Shown here: piece by piece, positions 49,196 through 58,658 of the stretch
Layout of the letters: each line of letters starts with the position of its first letter
Position numbering within the stretch: the first letter of the stretch is position 1
Assembly (NCBI GenBank): GCA_048268245.1
Contig: JBLWVX010000007.1
Span: forward strand, 1-64,000
Reading direction: 5' to 3'
Length of the DNA stretch: 64,000 nucleotides
Source: Arcobacteraceae bacterium
GTDB lineage: Bacteria > Campylobacterota > Campylobacteria > Campylobacterales > Arcobacteraceae
Notes under the pieces: generated by a model
Database searches by the model: none
What the model saw: the letters and a program-made list of their open reading frames with translations, nothing else
Told to the model about the DNA's origin: nothing
Position numbers and translations under genes: made by a program

Positions 49196-49672
49196 CTATG
49201 CTTTCAATATATCTAATGTTTTTGTATCGATATTCTTATGCGTGTTAAATGCTGCAACATTCGACTCATAAGACCTCATTGCTTCAATTAAGTTAACCAT
49301 TTCAATTACTGGATTAATATCAGGATAAGCTACATATCCTTCTTCATTTGCATCTGGATGTTGGGGTTCAAATCTCATTACAGGCTTAGCATCAGATTCA
49401 ACAATAGATTTAACACCTACTCCTCTTAAAGCTACATCAGTTTGTTCTTTTGCACTCATATTATTCAAAGATGAAGCACTATTTTCTTTAGTATTAGTTT
49501 TACCTAATAATATATCCTCAAAAACTACTTCTTGCTTTTTGTAAGGACCACCTTGTTCTGTGTGTGTTGTCTTTGCGTTTGCTATATTTGCACTTGTAAC
49601 ATTTATTCTTGTTCTTTCCGCACTCATACCAGAAGTTGCTATATTATATCCATCAAAAAAACCCATTATCAA
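49196..49672 (-). CDS. flgC: Flagellar basal-body rod protein FlgC
   Basis: SANIANAKTT, GGPY, HPDAN, EMVNLIEAMRSYESN. Confidence 0.96.
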   Translation of the reverse strand: MIMGFFDGYNIATSGMSAERTRINVTSANIANAKTTHTEQGGPYKKQEVVFEDILLGKTNTKENSASSLNNMSAKEQTDVALRGVGVKSIVESDAKPVMRFEPQHPDANEEGYVAYPDINPVIEMVNLIEAMRSYESNVAAFNTHKNIDTKTLDILKA

Positions 49673-49679
49673 CTCCTAT

Positions 49680-49976
49680 TTATATTTGCATTCTCATAAC
49701 TTCTTTGTATGCATTTAAAGCTTTGTTTTTAACTTCTAGTCCAAGTTTCATAGAAAGTTCAGCTTCCTCTATTTGTTGAACTGCATGTTGAAGATTTGTT
49801 ACTTTTCCACTAGCTATTTCTTCCATGGCTTTATAACCTTGAAGTTGTTCTTTATTCACTTCAGATACAGCATCATTTAGCATATTTGAAAATGTAGAAT
49901 CTTTTTTGTTATCTATATTTACATTATCTTTAAGTGTCAGTGGATTTATTGAGTCTGCTATTGAAGATATATTCAT
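49680..49976 (-). CDS. fliE: Hook-basal body protein FliE
   Basis: C-terminal EVKNKALNAYKEVMRMQI. Confidence 0.95.
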   Translation of the reverse strand: MNISSIADSINPLTLKDNVNIDNKKDSTFSNMLNDAVSEVNKEQLQGYKAMEEIASGKVTNLQHAVQQIEEAELSMKLGLEVKNKALNAYKEVMRMQI

Positions 49977-49986
49977 CTATTATCCT

Positions 49987-50325
49987 TTAGCTTGCATTTT
50001 GTTTTCCAGCTTTTTCTTCAGCTTTTACTATATCTTGAACATTTAGTTCATTTAACATAGCATCTATTTTTTCCTCATTATAGTTAAAATCTAGTTCAGC
50101 TTTTCTATCATCTAAACTAAATAAGGAGATTATTAATGAAAGCATCATATTACTGATACCTTTTAAAATTACTGTTATACCTATTATACCTAAAATCATT
50201 TCATAAGGCGTAAACAGTTCTGCATTTACTACAAAAAATATCACTGTTGCAAAGAATCCAGTGGCTATGTATAATCTAAAAATTCCACTGTTTATAACAT
50301 TTTGAGAAAATCTTTCTACTACCAT
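49987..50325 (-). CDS. Hypothetical two-TM membrane protein
   Basis: 112-aa ORF with two hydrophobic segments inside the flagellar cluster. Confidence 0.75.
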   Translation of the reverse strand: MVVERFSQNVINSGIFRLYIATGFFATVIFFVVNAELFTPYEMILGIIGITVILKGISNMMLSLIISLFSLDDRKAELDFNYNEEKIDAMLNELNVQDIVKAEEKAGKQNAS

Positions 50326-50393
50326 GTTACTCTTTTTTCTTTAACAATAAAAAAAGTACAATATTTTATATGCTCTTGCACTTCAACAAACCT

Positions 50394-51215
50394 TTAGTGA
50401 ATATTTTTTAATAAATAATCAATTATCACCTGCAGTTGTCTTGTAGAATCATCTTGGATAAACTCTTTAGTAAAGAGTTTTCTCAATCTTCCAGTTGTAG
50501 ATATGTTAGCAGATGTTGAAACGTTACCTACATATTTTACCATAAAATCTTCACTTAGTCTATTTTTTTTTGCTAAATTTACAAGAGAATTTACGATAGT
50601 TTGGCCTATCTGGTAGCTCTTAGTATGGTTAAAACACAACATAAGCTTACTTTTATCATTGGATAGCATTTTTATAAGAGAATATACATCTGTCAAGGCA
50701 CTTGGATCAGTAGTTGTAATAGCTAATATATTGTCAGAAATTGATAAAAACTCTTTTACATAATCATTTAATCCCGCTCCTGTATCTACAAGAACTATAT
50801 CAAATTTATTTAAGTCAATTACATCTTGAACAATTCTTGAAAAAATAAAAGAGTTTGAATGATTTGAATACTGATATCCACTCTTTCCAGCTACTAAATA
50901 TAAATCTTCGTAATCTGTTTTTAAAATAACTTCATCTAAACTTTTCATTCCATCTATATAATCAAAAAGTGTCACTTTTGGTTTTATATTTAGAAGTACT
51001 TGCATATTAGCCAAACCAATATCTGCATCAATTACTGCTACTTTAAAACCTCTTTGTGATAATAAAAAAGCCATATTTGCTGTAAAAGTAGATTTTCCAA
51101 CCCCACCTTTACCTGAAGTGATAGTGACAAGTTTTGTTTTAGATTTATAGTTACCTCTAACTTTATTAGTTAGATTTACAAGCTTACTAGCTTGTGATGA
51201 AATTGCATCAAACAA
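50394..51215 (-). CDS. flhG: MinD-like ATPase FlhG
   Basis: TSGKGGVGKS, DADIGLAN, DTGAG; follows flhF. Confidence 0.93.
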   Translation of the reverse strand: MFDAISSQASKLVNLTNKVRGNYKSKTKLVTITSGKGGVGKSTFTANMAFLLSQRGFKVAVIDADIGLANMQVLLNIKPKVTLFDYIDGMKSLDEVILKTDYEDLYLVAGKSGYQYSNHSNSFIFSRIVQDVIDLNKFDIVLVDTGAGLNDYVKEFLSISDNILAITTTDPSALTDVYSLIKMLSNDKSKLMLCFNHTKSYQIGQTIVNSLVNLAKKNRLSEDFMVKYVGNVSTSANISTTGRLRKLFTKEFIQDDSTRQLQVIIDYLLKNIH

Positions 51216-51217
51216 GC

Positions 51218-52372
51218 CTATCTCCTAGCACATTCATTATTCATAAAACAATCAATTAAAAAAGAGCTATCTGATACAACTAAATCATCTGGAACATTCT
51301 GCCCAATTGAAAAATATGTTATTGATTTTTTTGTTTTATGAGCAAATGAAATTAGATTACCAAAACTTTTTGTCTCATCAAGTTTTGTAAATGTTAAATA
51401 ATCAATATTTAATCTTGAATAGTTTGCATATATTTCAAGTAAATCACTTTGTTTAACATTTGCAGGCATTACCAGTATTTTCTCTATAGGTAACTCTTCT
51501 ACTTTCTTTTGGTAATCATTAATCATCTCAATTTTATCAACATCATATTGACTAGATCCTGCTGTATCAATAAATATATAATTACAATCTTTTAATCTTA
51601 AAAGTGCCTCAGATAAATCCTCTGGTTTTTTTACAATCTCCAAAGGAAGTCGCATAATATTTGTATAAGCTTGTAATTGCTCAATAGCACCAACTCTAAA
51701 TGAATCTAAAGTAACAATTCCTACTTTATAACTTTGTCCTAATTTATATGCATATCTAGCAGCCAATTTTGAAATAGTAGTAGTTTTACCAACACCTGTT
51801 GGCCCTACCATCATAATAATCTTTCTTTGATGTTTTCTTAATGGCATTTCATATTTAATAGGAATAATTCTTCTAAGAATTAATTTGAAAAAATCATTAA
51901 CTTTTTTAGGATTTGATTTTAGAGAAATAGGCAATTGTTTAATTGTCTTTTTCATAATAGTATAAGTCATTTCTTGATCAAACTCATTTTGTTCAAATAA
52001 ATTATAAATATCTACAAATTCATGGGGAATAGTTAAATCATATAACTGGCTTTTAGGATTCCATAAAGATTTTTGAACAAGTTCCAACTTTTCTTGCATT
52101 TTTGTAATTTCTTCTTTGAAATCATAAACTTGCGTTTGAATAGGAGTTGAATCTTGTTTATATTTTTTTGTAACAACTGACTTTTTATATGGCATATCAT
52201 TTTTATTGTCTTCATCTTCTAAAGCAACAACCACTTCATACATGTTTTTACCTGCATCATGAGCATTGGCAATTTTTTTAGTTGATATTACAATAGCTTC
52301 TTCACCACACTCATCTTGCGCAGCCCTTAGTGCAGCAGTAGGTGTTTCTCCTAAGAAAGAGAGCATATTCAT
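51218..52372 (-). CDS. flhF: SRP-family GTPase FlhF
   Basis: GPTGVGKTTT, DSFRVGA, DTAG, TKLDE, GQNVPDD. Confidence 0.95.
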   Translation of the reverse strand: MNMLSFLGETPTAALRAAQDECGEEAIVISTKKIANAHDAGKNMYEVVVALEDEDNKNDMPYKKSVVTKKYKQDSTPIQTQVYDFKEEITKMQEKLELVQKSLWNPKSQLYDLTIPHEFVDIYNLFEQNEFDQEMTYTIMKKTIKQLPISLKSNPKKVNDFFKLILRRIIPIKYEMPLRKHQRKIIMMVGPTGVGKTTTISKLAARYAYKLGQSYKVGIVTLDSFRVGAIEQLQAYTNIMRLPLEIVKKPEDLSEALLRLKDCNYIFIDTAGSSQYDVDKIEMINDYQKKVEELPIEKILVMPANVKQSDLLEIYANYSRLNIDYLTFTKLDETKSFGNLISFAHKTKKSITYFSIGQNVPDDLVVSDSSFLIDCFMNNECARR

Positions 52373-52761
52373 TTTAATCTTCCATCTTTATAGATTTTCT
52401 CGATTGTACCATCAGCCTTTTTTATTCTGATAAAATCATCATTTTCATAAATAATTTTACCTTTTTTCTCTATTTCTAATGCACCGAACTTAAATGTAAC
52501 ACTCTCTTTTTTATAAGTCTTTACATTTTTTTGACAAAGAATTGATCCATCATTTATATAATGTCTTGTTACATACTCATTTTGATTTATATCTTTCAAA
52601 GTTAAAGGTATACAAGACTTTCTGATTTTATTAACATTAGCTAATCTTAATTTTGATTTAGATAGTTTTTCTTCATATGCAAATGATTCTTTTGCAATAA
52701 GAACAGTTATTGCATAAGAGTGAATTGATAAAAGAATAATCAATAAACTATGCTTTAACAT
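52369..52761 (-). CDS. Small secreted protein, possibly a reduced FlgA (SAF-like)
   Basis: Signal peptide; VLIAKE.., YINDGSIL.., VTFKFGALEIEKKG resemble the FlgA C-terminal domains. Confidence 0.5.
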   Translation of the reverse strand: MLKHSLLIILLSIHSYAITVLIAKESFAYEEKLSKSKLRLANVNKIRKSCIPLTLKDINQNEYVTRHYINDGSILCQKNVKTYKKESVTFKFGALEIEKKGKIIYENDDFIRIKKADGTIEKIYKDGRLK

Positions 52762-53125
52762 CGAAGATTTGTCCTCCATTTACAGCTGTAATTTCGTCAA
52801 CTAAATCACTATACATTTGTTTAATAGGTAAAACAATTGAAGCTAGTTTTTTATTTAATTCATATAGTTCTTTTAATTCATTTTCCAAGGCATCAACTTC
52901 TTCTCTGTATATATTTACGTCAATACCCTCTTTCATTTCAGAAATTAGTTCACGATTTAAATCTGATTTCAAAGAAACAATTTCATTAATTAAATAGTGT
53001 TTATGGTCATTTCTTTCAAGTAAACCTTCATTTTTACCTTCTTTTATATCCACAATATCTTGTTTAATTGAATCTTTTAATTCATTTACAAGCTTTGTCA
53101 TATTATCCACTACATCTGTAACCAT
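52748..53125 (-). CDS. FlgN-like flagellar chaperone
   Basis: Helical 125 aa with LKELYELNKKLA; follows the flgJ-like gene. Confidence 0.55.
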   Translation of the reverse strand: MVTDVVDNMTKLVNELKDSIKQDIVDIKEGKNEGLLERNDHKHYLINEIVSLKSDLNRELISEMKEGIDVNIYREEVDALENELKELYELNKKLASIVLPIKQMYSDLVDEITAVNGGQIFDVKA

Positions 53126-53134
53126 AATTTATCC

Positions 53135-53434
53135 TTACTTATTATTTCTTGATAAGAACTCATAAAGCATATTACTTATTCCTAAACTACCTGTTGAATT
53201 ATCTGAAACAGCTTGTGTGTACATCCCTTTTATAATATCAGAACCTGCACCATCTCCTGCAACTTTTGTTGATTTTAGAGATATATCCATAATTTGTTTT
53301 AAAAAAAATGCTTCAAACTCATCACTTACTTTTTTCAACTGATCTTCTTCTAATTTATCTGTTTTTATATTGTCGAATTTTTTTGTATTATTTATTACTG
53401 ACATATTTACTAAATTATTGCTATTAATATTCAT
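53135..53434 (-). CDS. flgJ: Rod-binding protein (FlgJ N-terminal domain only)
   Basis: LKKVSDEFEAFFLKQIM, GISNMLYEFL. Confidence 0.82.
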   Translation of the reverse strand: MNINSNNLVNMSVINNTKKFDNIKTDKLEEDQLKKVSDEFEAFFLKQIMDISLKSTKVAGDGAGSDIIKGMYTQAVSDNSTGSLGISNMLYEFLSRNNK

Positions 53435-54210
53435 TATTCCAACCTATCAAAGAAATTTTCTTCACTTAAAATATCATCTTGTGCTTCTTGTGCAAAGAAT
53501 CTCATTTCAACTCTTCTATTATCTGCTGAAAGTTCACTTTTAGGATGATATGACGAATAAGCAGATACCTTTAAAATTGATGGGTCGATTCTATTTTTTA
53601 TAAGCTCTTTTACAACAGATATAGATCTTAATGCTGATATATCCCACCCATCTCTTGGTATTTCGCTATTATTTAAATTGTTTCTATCTGTATGCCCTAT
53701 AATTTCAATATTAAAAGTTTGAGGCATAGTTCTAATAACTCTTGCTATTTTTGCAACAAAGTTTTTAGCTGCTGGATTTGCTAAATCATATTCTCCTGGT
53801 TTAAACATAATTGTTGAAGGGATGTCTAATGTAAACTCATTCTTACCTTTTTCAATATTCACTTCTTGAAGTTCAGTTGTAGAGTTTGAATTTATTTCTT
53901 GTACAATTTGAGACATTTCCTCTGCTGCATTTTCTGCTGCATTCTCACTAGAACCATCACTATCATCATTTTCTGAAGTACTTTGAGCATTATCATGTTT
54001 TTCTGTTTGAGTTTCTACTGAAGTATTAGTATCAATAAATCCCATTGCCTTTTTCATTACTTCAAAATACTCTTCTACTTTCTTTTTATCCATTACTGCC
54101 ATAGATAAAAGAAGAATAAAGAATGTTAAAAGTAATGACATTAAATCACCAAATTGAACTAACCAACCTGGCAAACATTTTGGACATTCAGGACATTTAT
54201 CTTTACCCAT
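53434..54210 (-). CDS. motB: Flagellar stator protein MotB
   Basis: WLVQFGDLMSLLLTFFILL; OmpA-like GHTD..NRRVE. Confidence 0.95.
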   Translation of the reverse strand: MGKDKCPECPKCLPGWLVQFGDLMSLLLTFFILLLSMAVMDKKKVEEYFEVMKKAMGFIDTNTSVETQTEKHDNAQSTSENDDSDGSSENAAENAAEEMSQIVQEINSNSTTELQEVNIEKGKNEFTLDIPSTIMFKPGEYDLANPAAKNFVAKIARVIRTMPQTFNIEIIGHTDRNNLNNSEIPRDGWDISALRSISVVKELIKNRIDPSILKVSAYSSYHPKSELSADNRRVEMRFFAQEAQDDILSEENFFDRLE

Positions 54211-54218
54211 TTTATTTT

Positions 54219-54974
54219 CTACTCTTCCACTTCAGTTAAAATTGCATTTAACTGCATTTTAATATTACCAATTGATTCTTCAGCTGCAATCATAGTAGTA
54301 CCTTTAATAATTACTTCACATACAACCATCTCTTTACTATGTTTTTGTTCTAATTTACTTTCAAAAATACCTGCGATTAAAGTTCCTACTAAAGCTCCGT
54401 ACATTGTAGTAAGTAAAGCAACGGCCATTGCAGGACCAACTGCTGCTGGATCTGAAAGGTTAGCAAGCATAGCAACAAGACCAACAAGTGTACCAATCAT
54501 ACCCATGGCACCAGCAGTTCCTCCGATATTTCCAAAGATACTAATCATTGTCTTGTGTCTTTTTTCCATATGCTCTAATTTATACTCAAGTAAAGGTTGT
54601 AAAACCTCTGGTTTTGTACCATCAACTAAAAGCTGAAAACCTTCTTTGAAGAAAGGATTTGTTTCTTCCATTACCTTTTGTTCAATTTGCATTACACCAT
54701 GCTTTTTAATCTCAGTAGCATAAAATATAATTTTTTCAACTAATTCAGGTAAAGGTTCTACTTTAACTTCATTTATTGCAACTTTCATTGAAGCACCAAT
54801 TCTTTTTAAATCACTTGCTTCAAATTGTCCTGCTGTAACAGCAATTGTACCACCAAATACAATAACAACAGAAGGTACATCAATATAAGGGCCAAAACCA
54901 ACACCACCTAAAATAATGGCTAATGCTACTAACCCCCATCCACCAGCAAATCCAGCTAAGGTACTTTTATCCAT
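54219..54974 (-). CDS. motA: Flagellar stator protein MotA
   Basis: GMIGTLVGLVAML, GPAMAVALLTTMYG. Confidence 0.95.
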   Translation of the reverse strand: MDKSTLAGFAGGWGLVALAIILGGVGFGPYIDVPSVVIVFGGTIAVTAGQFEASDLKRIGASMKVAINEVKVEPLPELVEKIIFYATEIKKHGVMQIEQKVMEETNPFFKEGFQLLVDGTKPEVLQPLLEYKLEHMEKRHKTMISIFGNIGGTAGAMGMIGTLVGLVAMLANLSDPAAVGPAMAVALLTTMYGALVGTLIAGIFESKLEQKHSKEMVVCEVIIKGTTMIAAEESIGNIKMQLNAILTEVEE

Positions 54975-54977
54975 AAC

Positions 54978-55850
54978 TTACATCCCTATTTGACTTAATC
55001 TTAAGTCTTCGTTTCCAATTTTTTTGATTTTTAAACCAAATTTTCCTTCAACAATAACGGCTTCACCTTCACCAATCTTTACCCCATTTACTAAAACTTC
55101 TAAAGGCTCATTTACCATTTGTTCAAGTTCAATAATTTCTCCAACATCCCATTTTAAAATATCTTTTAATAAAACAATCTTTGTACCAAGTCTTACACTA
55201 AGTTTTAATTTTACATCATATAATAATTCTAAATTTTTAGGTGGTTTAAAAGAGTTGTCAATGTTATGGCTTGGACTTGAAATAGGAGCCTGTGGCGCAC
55301 TTTGAGGTGCTTGTTCCTGAATAGGAGCTGTATCACCAACAATTGTAGAGAAAAAAGGAAGTATAATTTCATCAAAACTTACAATAATCGGTAATTTTTC
55401 ATCTCCTAAAGATACTATAAACTCATGACTATTTTGTTTTGATTCTAAAACATCAATTTCAATTATTTTTGAACCTACAACTTCAGCTTTAATTGATTCA
55501 ACATCACCAAAACCTTGTGCATTAACTGCTGTACAAAAGCTTCCACATATATTTGATATAATTTCATTTACAGCATCAGTAATTTCATCATCAATATGCT
55601 CTTTTAAATCTCCCATCCCACCTAACATTAAGTACTCAAATTTTGTGGCACTTATAGTTGGTACATAAAAAAAACAAGTTGAAGATATAGATTTAAATTC
55701 AAATTTAACTTGTGCTTCTATGAACTGTGAAGACTCATAGTTTTCTAGTGATAAAGGGTTTACTGTTTCAACTTGTGAACTATTTGATAATAACTGCTCT
55801 AGGGTATTTGCAAGTTCATCTTTGAATATATTTGATAAATCTGATGCCAA
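54978..55850 (-). CDS. fliY: C-ring protein FliY (CheC-like plus FliN domain)
   Basis: DAVNEIISNI; C-terminal NLELLYDVKLKLSVRLG..GEGEAV. Confidence 0.82.
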   Translation of the reverse strand: MASDLSNIFKDELANTLEQLLSNSSQVETVNPLSLENYESSQFIEAQVKFEFKSISSTCFFYVPTISATKFEYLMLGGMGDLKEHIDDEITDAVNEIISNICGSFCTAVNAQGFGDVESIKAEVVGSKIIEIDVLESKQNSHEFIVSLGDEKLPIIVSFDEIILPFFSTIVGDTAPIQEQAPQSAPQAPISSPSHNIDNSFKPPKNLELLYDVKLKLSVRLGTKIVLLKDILKWDVGEIIELEQMVNEPLEVLVNGVKIGEGEAVIVEGKFGLKIKKIGNEDLRLSQIGM

Positions 55851-55861
55851 TTAAACTAACC

Positions 55862-56179
55862 TTATTTTTTATTTTGTGTTTCTTCTAATTGTTGAAGGAT
55901 GTATGCTTTTACTTTCATCATATCTTCTGTAGGATATTTATATTCCGCATCACCTTTAGTAATTTTTACAAAAAAATCTTTTGAGTTTTTGTTATACCCA
56001 AATCGTACATTGTCTAAAATTACTTCATTTGCTTGTATTTCTTGCTTACTTCCAAGTGTTTTTTTATACTCTTCATCTTGAATAAGTTTACTTTTTTCAC
56101 TAGTTTCATTTACTTTTTCAACTTTTTCAATGTTATTTAGTTTTGCATTATCTATTCCAGCTATTCTACCAAGTTCCAT
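55862..56179 (-). CDS. FlaG-like flagellar protein
   Basis: NVRFGYNKNSKDFFVKI..KYPTEDMMK resembles the FlaG C-terminus. Confidence 0.65.
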   Translation of the reverse strand: MELGRIAGIDNAKLNNIEKVEKVNETSEKSKLIQDEEYKKTLGSKQEIQANEVILDNVRFGYNKNSKDFFVKITKGDAEYKYPTEDMMKVKAYILQQLEETQNKK

Positions 56180-56211
56180 ACTAGACTCCTTGAAAGATAC
56201 TATTTTTAGAT

Positions 56212-56220
56212 ATTATAGCA
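56212..56220 (-). promoter_or_regulatory. Extended -10 sigma70 promoter (TGCTATAAT)
   Basis: TGnTATAAT 32 nt upstream of the flaG-like ATG; AAGGAG RBS. Confidence 0.65.
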
Positions 56221-56266
56221 GAAAAAAATTTAAATAATTAGTTGTATAAAAAGTTTTGTGTATAAA

Positions 56267-58336
56267 TTATAAAGATTCTAAATATTCATCAAAGCCAATA
56301 AGTTTAAAGTCAATAAGAGCATCTTTATAAGCTTGTGTTATATATTGTTTTGCACTTGATATTTTAAGTTCTTGAATAAGCTGTACTGCAGTTAAAAAGT
56401 CTGCATCTTTATCATTTAAAATTGCTTTAATTAATGAAATTTGGATAGAAGCATCATTATATCTACCTGCTTTAAGTAAGCCAGCAACTAAAAGATACAT
56501 AGTGTATTTATCCTCTAATTTATACTCTTTTTGAAGATATTCAATTGTTTTAATAGTTTCATCTGGTTTACCTAAATGTAAATCACTTAAAGCTTTAGTT
56601 CTAAGATAGGATGGGGATTTTTTACCTGCAATTGTTAAATCTGCTTTTCTCATTAGTCCAATCGCTTTTAAAGTATCAATATAATACTGTGTTATTATTA
56701 ATGGACCTTCTAAGAAATTATTATTAAGAGTTAATGGAACACTATCTTGAAGTCTTGAATAATACCTATAATTAGATTCATTTTCATTTCTATAAACCAA
56801 TCTCATTAAATATGTCAAAGGATCTTTAAAATGCTTAGATAATAAAGGATGATCAATTGTTTGTTCATTATCTTTTAGTTTTTCTAAGTAATCTAATGCT
56901 TTAAAGAATATTGTACTTTTATAAGCTAAAGGTTCTTTTTCAAACTTGTATTCTTCATTTATAAAAAGTTTATAAACTTTTTTTGCAAAATAGTTATAAG
57001 TACCTTCCTTTGTTCTAATAATAGCATCAATATAATCTTTATCCTCAAGTTTTTTACCTAACTTATTTGCAGTAATAAGAGTCATTACAGCATAAAGTTT
57101 ATTACCTGGATTTAATTTAAAGGCTTTTAAGAAATATTTATGAGCATTAAAATAGTCTTGAATGTGAGTATAAGATAAAGCTAAATTATAATAGATATAT
57201 GATTTGGTATCTGTAACAAGAAGCTTTTTTAATTTAACCACTCTAATAATTGGATCTTCTTTTATAATACTTAAAAATTTTGTATTATATTCAACCATTT
57301 CCTCTAATGAGTTTAAATTTCCTTCAGAATTAAATATAAATCCTTTTGAGCTATCATATATAATCTCTTGTGAATCAGAAAATATGAAAGGTGCAAAATA
57401 AAATAAAAAATTATATTTTCTATCATCATCAAAATTTAATATAAAGTTTAAGTAATCTTTAGCAGTGTATTTATTTTCATTAAAAAATATTTCTAAAGGT
57501 AAATCTTGATTAGCTTTAAAAATAGATTTTCTTTCTTGTACTAAATCTAGATTTTCTCTTAACCTTTCAATGTTATTTGATTTTAAATCTACAAAAACTC
57601 TAAACCAAAGAATATGATTTAATCTATTAGGATTTAAAGTATTATTTTGTGCTTTTTCTAAAAGAAGATTCGCTTTTTCATAGTCTTTTAACTTTATATG
57701 TAAAAGTGCTTTTTTTAAATCCATTGCATAATCCATTGAATTTAAGATTTTTAAAGCACTTTTATACTCTTTTAGAATTATATATGTGTCAGCTAACATT
57801 CTTTTTGAATGTTCAGTTAAATTTTTATATTTTCTTGCAATCTTTACAATAGTATCTAAGTACTTATTATCTTTAGATATTTGATATAAATAATAACATG
57901 CTGACATATAAGAATAAGTGTTTGTATTAGCACTAGCTTTATTTTCATAAATACTATTTAAGTAGACAATTGCTTTGTCAATTGCTTCAAGCTTATAATA
58001 AGCAATTCCCATATTCAATTTTGAGGGTATTTTAATTACTTTTGAAGTTCTTTCAAGAATTTCTATAGCTTTTTTGTACTCGCCTTTTCCTAAAAAAAGT
58101 ACAGCTTTATTAAATTCCACCTGTAAGGCTAAATTTTCTTGTGTTTTTTTTAATTTGTCATATTGAAAAAGTATCTCAGGTTGAGACTCAATTAATTCAT
58201 TTTTAGCATATAAAGTATTACTAAAAATAGTAAATACTAATAATATTTTATATACTAAACTACTTATTAATTTATTTTTTCTAAACCATTGTATTAACTT
58301 GTGCATATAACTCTTCATTTCTACTTTCAAGTTCAT
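56267..58336 (-). CDS. TPR-rich exported protein in the flagellar cluster (start uncertain)
   Basis: N-terminal hydrophobic segment; TPR patterns such as YYNLALSY..AFKLNP. Confidence 0.75.
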   Translation of the reverse strand: MNLKVEMKSYMHKLIQWFRKNKLISSLVYKILLVFTIFSNTLYAKNELIESQPEILFQYDKLKKTQENLALQVEFNKAVLFLGKGEYKKAIEILERTSKVIKIPSKLNMGIAYYKLEAIDKAIVYLNSIYENKASANTNTYSYMSACYYLYQISKDNKYLDTIVKIARKYKNLTEHSKRMLADTYIILKEYKSALKILNSMDYAMDLKKALLHIKLKDYEKANLLLEKAQNNTLNPNRLNHILWFRVFVDLKSNNIERLRENLDLVQERKSIFKANQDLPLEIFFNENKYTAKDYLNFILNFDDDRKYNFLFYFAPFIFSDSQEIIYDSSKGFIFNSEGNLNSLEEMVEYNTKFLSIIKEDPIIRVVKLKKLLVTDTKSYIYYNLALSYTHIQDYFNAHKYFLKAFKLNPGNKLYAVMTLITANKLGKKLEDKDYIDAIIRTKEGTYNYFAKKVYKLFINEEYKFEKEPLAYKSTIFFKALDYLEKLKDNEQTIDHPLLSKHFKDPLTYLMRLVYRNENESNYRYYSRLQDSVPLTLNNNFLEGPLIITQYYIDTLKAIGLMRKADLTIAGKKSPSYLRTKALSDLHLGKPDETIKTIEYLQKEYKLEDKYTMYLLVAGLLKAGRYNDASIQISLIKAILNDKDADFLTAVQLIQELKISSAKQYITQAYKDALIDFKLIGFDEYLESL

Positions 58337-58610
58337 CTACTCTATGTCTTAGATTCATATTTTCAAGTCTTGCTTCTTGCAAGTCATCCCTAGCAACTTG
58401 AAGATTATCATGACTTTTTGACAATGTATTAGAACTAATTTTTGCTTGTTTTTCATATCTATCAACAATTTTTTGTAACTTATTTATTTCTTCTTCTAAT
58501 AGATTTTTTTCTTCATTTACCTTCCTATACAAAGACTTGTATACATTAGCACTTGAGAAAAAATATAATAATAAGATTCCTATAATTGTAATTAATAAAA
58601 AATTTTCCAA
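58281..58610 (-). CDS. Hypothetical membrane-anchored coiled-coil protein
   Basis: N-terminal TM followed by heptad repeats; AGGA RBS before a TTG start. Confidence 0.75.
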   Translation of the reverse strand: MENFLLITIIGILLLYFFSSANVYKSLYRKVNEEKNLLEEEINKLQKIVDRYEKQAKISSNTLSKSHDNLQVARDDLQEARLENMNLRHRVDELESRNEELYAQVNTMV

Positions 58611-58628
58611 AACTATCCTACGTAATTT

Positions 58629-58657
58629 AAGTAAAGTAGTATAATACTACTCTACTT
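58629..58657 (-). terminator. Hairpin/terminator after the long flgE
   Basis: AAGTAAAGTAGTAT-A-ATACTACTCTACTT near-perfect inverted repeat. Confidence 0.6.
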
Positions 58658-58658
58658 A

